Shown here: positions 7,756 to 16,556 of the stretch, in pieces
Layout of the letters: every line of letters starts with the position of its first letter
How positions within the stretch are numbered: position 1 is the first letter of the stretch
DNA from: an uncultured Bdellovibrio sp.
GTDB lineage: Bacteria; Bdellovibrionota; Bdellovibrionia; Bdellovibrionales; Bdellovibrionaceae
Length of the DNA stretch: 33,657 bases
Direction of reading: 5' to 3'
Assembly (NCBI GenBank): GCA_963932905.1
Contig: CAWVRN010000035.1
Span: forward strand, 1-33,657
The notes under the pieces: generated by a model
Database searches by the model: none
Told to the model about the DNA's origin: nothing
Seen by the model: the letters and a program-made list of their open reading frames with translations, nothing else
Made by a program: the position numbers and the translations under genes

Positions 7756-9813
7756 ATGCATCCGGTACGTTCTACTCGCTTGATATTGGCGCTGTTGACT
7801 ATTTTGCTTACAGTGAGCCACCCTTTGTTAGCTAAACCTACGTCGTCGCAATGCTTTGGTTTTTATTCAGGTATTGTCAATCCGTTTAGAAACGCCAGCG
7901 CGCCAGTCTCACCTAAAACGAAAAGTATTGTACTTAAAATAGAATCCGATTTGCAAAGCAACCCTGGTTCGGTTCGCACAGCACTCGATCTTGGAATTAG
8001 AGAAAAAATTGTTCTTGTCAGCGATGTAAGTCCTCTAGTGTCAGAGTACACGGTCCTGTTTAATCCCAAAATTACTCCAATGACCAGTGACAAGAGCCTT
8101 TCCGTTTTGGAATGCTTTCAGGGATGTGGCTTTGTTTCGCGATTTGATCACATTCGCACGGAATACCAGGATGAAAATGGTCATACTCAAGTATTAGAAT
8201 CCCATGGTCATTTAGCACATGTTCTGCAAAAAAAGATCGAACAACTAGAAGAAATTCAAAAACCGGCCCCCACCATCCTTCGTCTGTTTTCAAAGAGTGA
8301 ATCTAATAGACAACGAAAATTACTACCCGATGCTCTTCAAAAACTAGCTTCCAAAATTGATGATTCTGTCGACGAATCCTATAATCCCTATTCGCTGGTA
8401 TACGATGTTAGAAAAGCTGAGGGGGATGATGCCCAGTTTAAAAAATCCATTGATTCCCTATTGACGGCAACCATAGGGCAAACAACTCCAAAAGCTAGAG
8501 GGCGCGCTCTGAATTCTTGGATCACATCGGAAGCCCATGCTTTATTCGTTTTCGACCTGCTAAGCCAATCTGGTCTAAGCAGTTTTAAAACCGAACTCGC
8601 TTATCTTTTAGAACATAGTGTGTATTTCATTGAAAGCTTTAAAAGTGGCGATTCATTAGTTACCTATTCTTTTGAAAAAGAAGGAACGAGTACCGACATC
8701 AGCATGTTATTTCGCCCCACTGAATTTTCTGAAAAAGACTGGATGAATAAAAGTGATGAAGAGCGTATAGGGTTACTGAAAAAAGCCAAAATCCCAACTA
8801 AAACTTTTATTCGTGCTAGTAAAATTATGCCTACGGATTTCAAACCCGATGCCGTTGGTGGGTATTCAAAAGAAGTCAGTGATCATCGTCGTCAAGGGTA
8901 TGGCTGGGAAATATCTCATAAAAAATATGAAATCAACCAGCAGCGCTTGATGCGCGAAGTGCGTGACGTATCGATGCTGTTTGACCAGAAAGATTCCTTT
9001 CATGTCCATATTTCTTTTGAACTACCAAAAAATTATACCCTGTATGAAAACTTCATTCATTGGTTTAAACATTTAAATGACTATCTCTATTTGAAAGGAC
9101 TAGAAGAAGGCCTGCATGGAAATGACCTTACTGGTGTTGCTAATTTTGTTTCGGATCTTTCTGTATCCGAACGTGTTCGCAGTTTCTTTTCCAGTTTGTA
9201 CACAAAAAATACTATTCAAGAATCTCAGCAAAAATTAGATCGCAGAAATTCTAAATTTTTCTCCGCTGGTCTACGTGCAAAAATATATGGACCGGCATCG
9301 TCTCCAGATAAGATGCGCCTGGGTATTGAACTTCGCGACAGCACCCGAAAAATGGATTTGCTAGATCACTACTCCGCTGCCGTAGGCAAAAGTGTTTCAA
9401 AACAAATCTGGGAAAAATCGAATGCAGCGGAAATCAAGAAGCAAGGACTTCGCCTAACTTCCGACAGAACTACGGCGAAAAAAGATATTTCTGGCGTGGT
9501 GTCGCCCCGCTTCGCCAAAATGTTTTCAGAAGCCGAATCCACAGTTGCTTTCGGTTTGCACCACTATGAAGAACAGCCCATTTATAACTATCGGACCCAT
9601 AGCTGGGTAAAAGTTTCACCCGAAGTGGGGGAACGAATCAAAAATGCTAGAAAATTCTATATTCAAGAGTTAGTAGATTTAGAAAAAGAACTGACTCATC
9701 TAGAATCAAAAGGTGAAAAAACCGAGACCGAAATCATCAAGATGGCTATCCGTATGAGCCTTGCTACGTGGGCTAAAAAGGCTCGCGTAGCTGAACTATA
9801 TGAGTATTTTTAG
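7756..9813 (+). CDS. Exported protein: signal peptide, degenerate peptide deformylase-like domain, and C-terminal amidoligase/glutamate-cysteine-ligase-like region
   Basis: The signal peptide ends HPLLA|KP. The PDF-like segment is VLFNPKI...LECFQG..VSRFDHIRTEYQDENG....ESHGHLAHVLQKKIEQL. Ligase-like motifs are WEIS, SFHVHISF, GLR and GIELRD. SD is GAGGA. Confidence 0.6.
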   Translation: MHPVRSTRLILALLTILLTVSHPLLAKPTSSQCFGFYSGIVNPFRNASAPVSPKTKSIVLKIESDLQSNPGSVRTALDLGIREKIVLVSDVSPLVSEYTVLFNPKITPMTSDKSLSVLECFQGCGFVSRFDHIRTEYQDENGHTQVLESHGHLAHVLQKKIEQLEEIQKPAPTILRLFSKSESNRQRKLLPDALQKLASKIDDSVDESYNPYSLVYDVRKAEGDDAQFKKSIDSLLTATIGQTTPKARGRALNSWITSEAHALFVFDLLSQSGLSSFKTELAYLLEHSVYFIESFKSGDSLVTYSFEKEGTSTDISMLFRPTEFSEKDWMNKSDEERIGLLKKAKIPTKTFIRASKIMPTDFKPDAVGGYSKEVSDHRRQGYGWEISHKKYEINQQRLMREVRDVSMLFDQKDSFHVHISFELPKNYTLYENFIHWFKHLNDYLYLKGLEEGLHGNDLTGVANFVSDLSVSERVRSFFSSLYTKNTIQESQQKLDRRNSKFFSAGLRAKIYGPASSPDKMRLGIELRDSTRKMDLLDHYSAAVGKSVSKQIWEKSNAAEIKKQGLRLTSDRTTAKKDISGVVSPRFAKMFSEAESTVAFGLHHYEEQPIYNYRTHSWVKVSPEVGERIKNARKFYIQELVDLEKELTHLESKGEKTETEIIKMAIRMSLATWAKKARVAELYEYF

Positions 9814-9829
9814 GATTTGGGAGTAGGCT

Positions 9830-10582
9830 ATGGATTTATTAGAAACGTTTGAACATGCCATTCAGAAAAAAGATTCCGAACAACAAATAGCCATTTTGCA
9901 AAAAGCCCTCAAAGAGCACGGCTTCAAATCGGCCCTCATGAGTGATTTAGCTTTATCCGTTGCTAATCATAATCTACCCTACATAGCATTCTTAGAAGCG
10001 TTCTGCGATGAAAATGCAAACATTCCACACGGAGCTGAAATTAGAATAGCCGATTTTTATGCTGGTCGAGACAAGCTTGATGAAACGACCGCGCGGGCGC
10101 GTCGATTCCTAAGTAAATTTCGCGGTACTGAAACGGAAAAAAATATCTCCGAGCATCCAGTCCTATTACCTATGTTTGCTCGTTGTTATTTGCTTATGAC
10201 CGCGGCCTATACACGCATGGGCTCGCGCAGTTATAGCAAGCGAATTTTAAATAGAGCACTTCAAATCGGTTTACCGAAAGCCTTCGAAGATAGAATGACA
10301 AATGAAATTAGAACCTTAGAAACAGAACTGCAGAACGAAGCCAATGCAAATTTGGATAAACAGTGGGAAGAATTTTACGCGACCGGCGCCAACTACAAAG
10401 AGCTACATGATAGGTGCTTAAATAGTCAGTACCTTCAACTAGCAAAACGTATTGAATTACTCAAAGACAGGTTCAGATTCGACAGCAATTTCAAAATGGG
10501 TGAGTCCGAAATGTTAATGGATATTTTTGCTTTTAGAAAAGAAGGCGATGAAGAATCAAAACTTACTTTCACACTTCGCTAA
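9830..10582 (+). CDS. Hypothetical alpha-helical (TPR-like) cytoplasmic protein, probably co-transcribed with the 7756 ORF
   Basis: 250-aa ORF 16 nt after the previous stop, with SD GGAG, amphipathic helical composition and no signal peptide. Confidence 0.65.
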   Translation: MDLLETFEHAIQKKDSEQQIAILQKALKEHGFKSALMSDLALSVANHNLPYIAFLEAFCDENANIPHGAEIRIADFYAGRDKLDETTARARRFLSKFRGTETEKNISEHPVLLPMFARCYLLMTAAYTRMGSRSYSKRILNRALQIGLPKAFEDRMTNEIRTLETELQNEANANLDKQWEEFYATGANYKELHDRCLNSQYLQLAKRIELLKDRFRFDSNFKMGESEMLMDIFAFRKEGDEESKLTFTLR

Positions 10583-11580
10583 AAGTTTAAATTTAAATTC
10601 AAGATGACTCCGGGACGACCTCGAAAATCATGCTCGCGGGCAAAGTTAAGATAGGGAATCAACTGAAAATCAAAAATCTTCCTATATACCAGCTGACTCC
10701 AAGCAACTGATAAATCGTAGCTATCTAAATGGTAGTTAGGCTGATTTTTTCCATTGAATATCAAACTATAGGATATCGAATTTTTTCGATCGATAAACTG
10801 ACCGATAGAAAAACCATTCGCTGTTGTTAGCGAATGTTTTTTATCGCCATAGGTTCCGTTGTTTATCAAAGTTAAACTATAGTATTTCGACAATCCAAAA
10901 CCAAAATTCAAAGCGGCATAAAACCCGACTCCATCATTCGGATCAGCAAACAACTCGAGCTTAGGATTTACGCTATACTTGGGAAGTTCTGCTAAACTTT
11001 CAAATGTGATCGAATGAGAAATTTTAAGAGGATCTCCCAAATCAATACGTGGCTGGAATGATGTATTTACTTTACCCAGTTTACGAAAGAGCCCGACCGA
11101 TGCCCCGTAACTTTGTTGACGAGGTGTTTGACGAAGGTAGCCGTTCTGAACCCCACGGCGCTCTTCGCTTTCATCATATGTTGTAAACTTCAACATCCAA
11201 TATTCTTCGACATTGGGAAGCCTTAGATTAAGGCCGATACTGGTTGAATTTTGGGTATTTTCACCCTCAAGTACGATTGTATTATTTTGTACGCGAACGC
11301 TGGTTTCATTGCGGCGTCGGGTAATGCGTTTACCCATCAGAAATGTGTCTAAACCGTCCGCTAGGTCATCAAAGTATTGCGAAACAGCGATGTTGCCTTC
11401 GATAAATTGCTCTTCTAGCTCTGGATTTAAAATAAAACCACCACCCGACTCTTTCTCTTCTTTTTCGACGGGGCTGGTTCCTCCCACATCGACTTTTCCT
11501 GCGGCTTTGTCGGCAGCTTTTGTTTGGCGGGGAGCCAAACTCAAAATAAGACAAAATAAAAAGACAGAAAACCTCAGCAC
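10579..11580 (-). CDS. Hypothetical exported protein, probable outer-membrane beta-barrel
   Basis: GTG start with a GAGGA SD, a signal peptide, alternating beta-strand patterns and a C-terminal ILNLNLNF (terminal Phe beta-signal). Confidence 0.65.
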   Translation of the reverse strand: MLRFSVFLFCLILSLAPRQTKAADKAAGKVDVGGTSPVEKEEKESGGGFILNPELEEQFIEGNIAVSQYFDDLADGLDTFLMGKRITRRRNETSVRVQNNTIVLEGENTQNSTSIGLNLRLPNVEEYWMLKFTTYDESEERRGVQNGYLRQTPRQQSYGASVGLFRKLGKVNTSFQPRIDLGDPLKISHSITFESLAELPKYSVNPKLELFADPNDGVGFYAALNFGFGLSKYYSLTLINNGTYGDKKHSLTTANGFSIGQFIDRKNSISYSLIFNGKNQPNYHLDSYDLSVAWSQLVYRKIFDFQLIPYLNFAREHDFRGRPGVILNLNLNF

Positions 11581-11639
11581 ACTATTTCCTCAAAAGAATT
11601 AAATTGAACTTTACTGATCATCGGATCTAATCTGCAATC

Positions 11640-12281
11640 ATGCAAAACTTAAAATGGGTTTTCTTCATCTTTTTTTATGGTTTCACAGAACTGACTTTGG
11701 CGTACACCCCTAAAGAAGGAAATGTCACAGCAAATTTAGGTCCGTTTATTTATAGAACTAATTTTAGAGGCTCGGATTCAGGAATTCAATCACCAATCAA
11801 GACAGGTACTGCATTTTTGGTTAATGGTGATATTAATGAAAAAGGTGCTCTGGAAATTGGAATGTTCTACATGGACAAATATTTCTTCCGCGAAAAAGAT
11901 AGTAGATACCTTGCCGAAAATACAGATTTAATTCACATCACGATGGGCTACCGACGTTTTCTAACATCAAAACTATCAACATCGCTTACCCTGTTTTCGT
12001 CTTATTCTATTGGTGACCCACATATATACCGTACCGAATTTACTACCGATCAAGAAGTAGATACTTCGGCACGAGACACCACAGAGTATGGCTTTGATTT
12101 AGCTGTTCAATACGAACTATGGGAACAAGAGCGTTTCGCAGTTGTAACCGATATACGCTATTCTTATTCGGTTACAAATAAGCTGAATGAACGTGGCGAT
12201 CACTATGGAGCCTTTATTTCCTTGCGTTACTTTGTCCAAGACAAAGAAGGTACTTACAAAACGGAAGAGAAAAAACCTTAG
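11640..12281 (+). CDS. Small outer-membrane beta-barrel-like protein
   Basis: Signal peptide (LTLA|Y) and amphipathic strands (YGFDLAVQYEL, DIRYSYSV, AFISLRYF). Confidence 0.65.
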   Translation: MQNLKWVFFIFFYGFTELTLAYTPKEGNVTANLGPFIYRTNFRGSDSGIQSPIKTGTAFLVNGDINEKGALEIGMFYMDKYFFREKDSRYLAENTDLIHITMGYRRFLTSKLSTSLTLFSSYSIGDPHIYRTEFTTDQEVDTSARDTTEYGFDLAVQYELWEQERFAVVTDIRYSYSVTNKLNERGDHYGAFISLRYFVQDKEGTYKTEEKKP

Positions 12282-12335
12282 CACGTTATATGCAATACAA
12301 ATCCAAGTCTGAAACTAGAACGACGAGGATGATTT

Positions 12336-13163
12336 ATGCCTATTCGGAACTTCTTTAAGTCCCTTTTTGCCCGGTTTGATCTGGAGCAAACGTCCACATT
12401 TGCAGCATCGCTCTCCTTTTATACGGCGCTATCGTTGGCGCCGCTGCTTATTATTTTTATTTCAGTTTCATCACGTTTATCCGGCAATCTTTTGGAAAAT
12501 TTTATTTCTCAAGTGTATAGCCTGATTGGACCAGATGCCGCAGCGGCGTTTGAACTTGTTGTGCAGAATGCAAAAGAACGCCCGGACTTGGCATCGACAT
12601 CCGGCATATTTGGCGTCATTACCCTTCTCTTTTCGTCGAGTCTGATTTTTGGTGAATTAAAGTTGGCGCTCAATCATATTTTATTCAAAACCACGCCAGC
12701 CGCCAGTGAACAATCTACCTGGGAATTGATTAAACTTTTTGTTAAATCTCGAATTTTACATATTGGATTGGCTCTAAGCTTTATATTTATTATGGTCGTA
12801 TCCTTGACGATTTCGTCTGTTATCGCGGCCACGTTTAGTTCCTATCAAGATTTCTATCGCATTCTAAACATAGGCGTCTCGTTCCTATTTTACGTTGGCA
12901 TTTTTTCGCTTCTATTTCGCTATCTTCCAGACAAAAAAATATTCTGGCGTAACAGTTTCTATGGAGGCTTGATTACAGCTTTGCTATTTGTCGCAGGTAA
13001 AGAATTAACTGGACTCTATCTTGGCAATAGTGCCATTGGCTCTGCCTATGGTGCCGCTGGCTCCCTCATCGCTCTTCTAGTTTGGGTTTACTATTCGTCT
13101 CTTATCACATTTATTGGGGCACATGTGAGCGCACTATTATTTTGGAAAGAGAAAAGTATATGA
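12336..13163 (+). CDS. YihY/virulence factor BrkB family inner-membrane protein
   Basis: Motifs AASLSFYTALSLAPLL, FRYLPD and SAYGAAGSLIALLVWVYYSSLITFIGA; about six TM segments. Confidence 0.92.
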   Translation: MPIRNFFKSLFARFDLEQTSTFAASLSFYTALSLAPLLIIFISVSSRLSGNLLENFISQVYSLIGPDAAAAFELVVQNAKERPDLASTSGIFGVITLLFSSSLIFGELKLALNHILFKTTPAASEQSTWELIKLFVKSRILHIGLALSFIFIMVVSLTISSVIAATFSSYQDFYRILNIGVSFLFYVGIFSLLFRYLPDKKIFWRNSFYGGLITALLFVAGKELTGLYLGNSAIGSAYGAAGSLIALLVWVYYSSLITFIGAHVSALLFWKEKSI

Positions 13164-13420
13164 AGCCTTTAAAAAGAATATTTCGTTCACATTATTTCTG
13201 GGGATTCGTTCTGTTTCTTTTGATCGCCCGTACAATCATACCAGAATTTATCTTGCACCAAACTAATAAATTTTTGGCCACTTTTTCAGAAACCTACCAC
13301 GGCCACATCGAAGATTTTGATATTAGCCTACTGCGCGCTGCGTACCAAATGGAAGGACTCAGTTTGCGCCTCAAGCAACATCCCGATGAAGAATTTGCAT
13401 TTATCGACCTTGTCGATGTA
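13160..13420 (+). pseudogene. 5' fragment (87 codons) of a DUF748/AsmA-like gene, truncated at a repeat arm
   Basis: The ATGA start overlaps the yihY stop. An N-terminal TM is followed by NKFLA...YHGHIEDFDISLLRAAY, typical of DUF748-type proteins, which are normally several hundred aa. After ...IDLVDV the frame runs into the repeat (CLSRRLRASS) and then into antisense cti sequence. Confidence 0.7.
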
Positions 13421-13421
13421 T

Positions 13422-13449
13422 GCCTTAGCCGCAGGCTAAGGGCCAGTTC
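13422..13449. repeat. Solitary copy of the palindromic REP-like arm
   Basis: GCCTTAGCCGCAGGCTAAGGGCCAGTTC is identical to 303-331 except for one missing G. It lies 2 nt downstream of the cti stop codon. Confidence 0.9.
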
Positions 13450-13451
13450 AA

Positions 13452-15785
13452 CTATAATGAGTAGCGAGATAAATCAAAATAGCCCGCGTTCACTGGATCA
13501 GTCTCTACGAAATTTTGATTGATGAAATCATAGAAGGTCCAAATGCGCGGATCTACACGCAATAGACCATATTGTTGAAAAATAGCGTTGTAATCAGACT
13601 GGTCAAAAATCGCTAAAACTTTATCAACCATCTTTGGAAGTTCTGTAGCTTCTATTGCAAAAATTTGATTCGGATACGAAGAATAGTAACCTTTACCAAT
13701 CATCAAAGTGTCTTTGCTCGGATCCAATCGCATTGATTCCATCATAATCCAAGACACATTTTTTAACTGACGATTGTGGACAACAGAATAAGTACGTTTA
13801 GGAACTCCACCCTCAGTAATTATGATAAATGCTACCTCTGGAAAACGCCGATTAAAATAGCCTTGAACACCACTAAGTCTAGCCAGTTGTTTTTCTTCAT
13901 CTGTTTGATTGGGAACTGACTTCAATCGTTTCCAGTTAATAGGATCGGTTGGACCACGAACTTTTTGGTTTAGCCGTTCAAATAAAATACTACGAACAAG
14001 ATCCAACTGACTATCACCATCTTTAGCGAATTTGATACCGGCAGGGATCGGCGAAAATTGTTTTTCTTCAAATAGATTTAACTTATAAGATGTCAGGAAT
14101 CCCTGATACCATTTCTTTTTTGTTTCCATACGTTCTTCTACAGGTAAGAAATCTAAGAAATTATTTTCTGCTTCCATACGAATCAAATCCATATAGACGC
14201 GAGTAAGGAACTGATGACCTAAGTTTCCGTACACATCGAAATTAACAACTAAATTATAAACCAAACGTTCCAACAATGAATAGTCGACAACAAATGCAGT
14301 CATGGAAACATCGCCAAAAGCACCTTTAACAACACGTGCACTTCCGCCATGCCTCATGATAGTTAGAACTGCGTTGTCGTTGTTTCCGTCACCATCCCAA
14401 ATATCATTCAAAGTCAGTCCATTCGGTCTAAACTTCTGTAATTGCTCACCACGTTTTTTACGATATAAGTTGCGATTGTTAATTAAGTCTTGATAATCAC
14501 CCATCATCTTGCTGACTTCAACTTCAGATCCCCACTTACCTGGAAGTACGAGTTGTTCCATGACTTGCTTTGAATACTCGGGACTCAACACCATCAAATC
14601 AGATTTTGGATCAATGAAGAAAGCATAGAATTGTTCTTGAATAGAATTCACGGCACTTGTTCCATTACAAACGGGTCCCTTAATAAAGGTAGAAATATGA
14701 TACTGTGAATCTTCAAGTAGGAATCTATAACGAGCCATTTCAGGAATGGCTTTGAATGTTACGAAAGGATTGCCAGCAGCCTCACCGCTATAGTCCATTC
14801 GTCCGTCGGTCGTCCAATCACTGTCCATAAAATTCTTCTTAATCCAAGCTAACTTCGAGGTCGCCAAACTGTATGGAATGTGAGTTTTATCAACCGTAAC
14901 GCCCGGGGATTTAATAAAACAATAGAACCAATCATCTACGCCTGGATTGTCATTCGGACGACGAGTGGCAATTATTTTTACGTCATCACCACATGACGTC
15001 GATGATCGCACTAACTTCAAGAAATAACGAGGGTTAGTTTGTAAATAAAAATCTGCTAAAAATAAATGCTCATACAAGTACCGCGCTACCAATTTGGATT
15101 TCGCATCTTTTTGATTTAGAAATTTTTCCCAAGCTAATTTTGCAGAACTTATTTCTGGTGGAAGTAGTGTCACGGAATCCTTAGGCCCCGGTGCCCCAGC
15201 CGCGACCCAGTCACTAATCGTCTGCATATTTTCTTTCGAAATTGGTGGCAAGCCATAGGGCATCGCCATTTTACGATCCGCATTTTGAACAATAGTGAAG
15301 TCTTTCATGCTATCAGCACAGTATTGATTTTCTTTTACTTCATCGTCAGGAGGATTCCTATCCACGAAACCCATTTTTAAAGACTGCAACAGAATAGATT
15401 CCGTCGGCTTACCGATCACATCGTAAAAACCCATCGCGCGCCAATCTTTCACATTGTGCGCATCTTCAAATAAACGAGTCAGTTTAGCTTCTTTAATGCG
15501 AGTCCCATTGTATACAAGGTTATTTCTGATCGCTCCACGCTGAATGCCTTCGTAGGATTGCAGATTTAGCTGACAAGGAGATTCTAAGCAACTATGGCAG
15601 GCTACGCAGCGTGAATTAAAAATCGGCTGCACTCGATTCGTGTACATATCTTCATCGACAGAAGCTTCCACAGACTGCGTCGTCCGCGACCCAGCCTTAT
15701 CTTGCATGATGACGCAGCTAATGATGGCTGTAAAGCTGATGAAGAAAACCGAATAAATTACATTTTTAAAAAATTTGTTCTGCAT
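13452..15785 (-). CDS. cti: Fatty acid cis/trans isomerase (periplasmic heme-c protein)
   Basis: YTNRVQPIFNSRCVACHSCLESPCQLNL..GIQRGA (CxxCH), MPYGLP, LVARYLYEHLFLA, FIKGPVC, ERLVYNLVVNFDVYGNLGHQ, YMDLIRMEAENNFL, AGYFDLSRY. The likely start is ATG 15785 (MQNKFF..., signal/lipobox IISC). Confidence 0.9.
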   Translation of the reverse strand: MQNKFFKNVIYSVFFISFTAIISCVIMQDKAGSRTTQSVEASVDEDMYTNRVQPIFNSRCVACHSCLESPCQLNLQSYEGIQRGAIRNNLVYNGTRIKEAKLTRLFEDAHNVKDWRAMGFYDVIGKPTESILLQSLKMGFVDRNPPDDEVKENQYCADSMKDFTIVQNADRKMAMPYGLPPISKENMQTISDWVAAGAPGPKDSVTLLPPEISSAKLAWEKFLNQKDAKSKLVARYLYEHLFLADFYLQTNPRYFLKLVRSSTSCGDDVKIIATRRPNDNPGVDDWFYCFIKSPGVTVDKTHIPYSLATSKLAWIKKNFMDSDWTTDGRMDYSGEAAGNPFVTFKAIPEMARYRFLLEDSQYHISTFIKGPVCNGTSAVNSIQEQFYAFFIDPKSDLMVLSPEYSKQVMEQLVLPGKWGSEVEVSKMMGDYQDLINNRNLYRKKRGEQLQKFRPNGLTLNDIWDGDGNNDNAVLTIMRHGGSARVVKGAFGDVSMTAFVVDYSLLERLVYNLVVNFDVYGNLGHQFLTRVYMDLIRMEAENNFLDFLPVEERMETKKKWYQGFLTSYKLNLFEEKQFSPIPAGIKFAKDGDSQLDLVRSILFERLNQKVRGPTDPINWKRLKSVPNQTDEEKQLARLSGVQGYFNRRFPEVAFIIITEGGVPKRTYSVVHNRQLKNVSWIMMESMRLDPSKDTLMIGKGYYSSYPNQIFAIEATELPKMVDKVLAIFDQSDYNAIFQQYGLLRVDPRIWTFYDFINQNFVETDPVNAGYFDLSRYSL

Positions 15786-15890
15786 ACTACTAAGAATAAA
15801 TGTAATAAATTTTGTAGTACAGATTATTGTGTCCAATGCCATAGGATTGGATGTGAGTATGGGAAAGTAAAATTTGCGAAGGTTCTAAGC

Positions 15891-16547
15891 CTAGTTGAGC
15901 AAACTTTGTACAGTGAAGTCACCTTGGACTTTTAGAGGAAGTTCCTTGTAATCCGTGCTGTCTGCCGACTTATATTTTTTTTGAACGCCTAAAACTTCCC
16001 ACGTGCCCGTGACACTAAATACACCGGAACCTTCAGGTATAGTAACACCCCCGCATTTCAAGCTACATCCGGTATAGCTATTTGAGGTAATCAAATCTTT
16101 AGTACTGGGAAGAGTTCCAGAGCCAGTGTTCCCCAAAAGACCGCTCCATATTCCAGTTACGTTTCCAGCGGCTGATGGCGTGATTTTGTAATATAGAGAC
16201 CCTAAGGCCACATCTGAAAAAATGCAGGAATACTCTCCACCAATTTTAGGTGATTTCATACTCAGTTTAACTGCAATAATCCGGACCTCTGACAAACCAC
16301 CATCATCAAGTGTCCAACGAAAATTTGGGTTACCCAATGAAAAATAAGCACCAGACACACTGCCAACGCCAGTCTCACCCTTTGATAGTTGTTCACAGCT
16401 TTGTGTTGTCGCCGGAGCAGGAATTAGAATTCCCGATTTTGAACCCAATTCAAAAGTCAGGTACTGACTATTATCATCGTCGCTGCTAGAGCAGCTGAAT
16501 AGACCTAATGTTATGGCAGCGAGAATAATTTTTAAACCGTTTTTCAT
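15891..16547 (-). CDS. Hypothetical lipoprotein, last gene of the pilMNOPQ run
   Basis: Lipobox LFSC, beta-rich mature domain with four further Cys, 9 nt after pilQ. Confidence 0.75.
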   Translation of the reverse strand: MKNGLKIILAAITLGLFSCSSSDDDNSQYLTFELGSKSGILIPAPATTQSCEQLSKGETGVGSVSGAYFSLGNPNFRWTLDDGGLSEVRIIAVKLSMKSPKIGGEYSCIFSDVALGSLYYKITPSAAGNVTGIWSGLLGNTGSGTLPSTKDLITSNSYTGCSLKCGGVTIPEGSGVFSVTGTWEVLGVQKKYKSADSTDYKELPLKVQGDFTVQSLLN

Positions 16548-16556
16548 AAGTAACCC

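Noticed and set aside
7903..8250. Functional peptide deformylase (def)
   Set aside because: The HExxH and EGCLS motifs are absent, and the domain is embedded in an exported protein.
13082..13522. 146-aa ORF as a complete gene
   Set aside because: The real start is ATG 13160, and the last ~33 codons derive from the repeat and antisense cti sequence.
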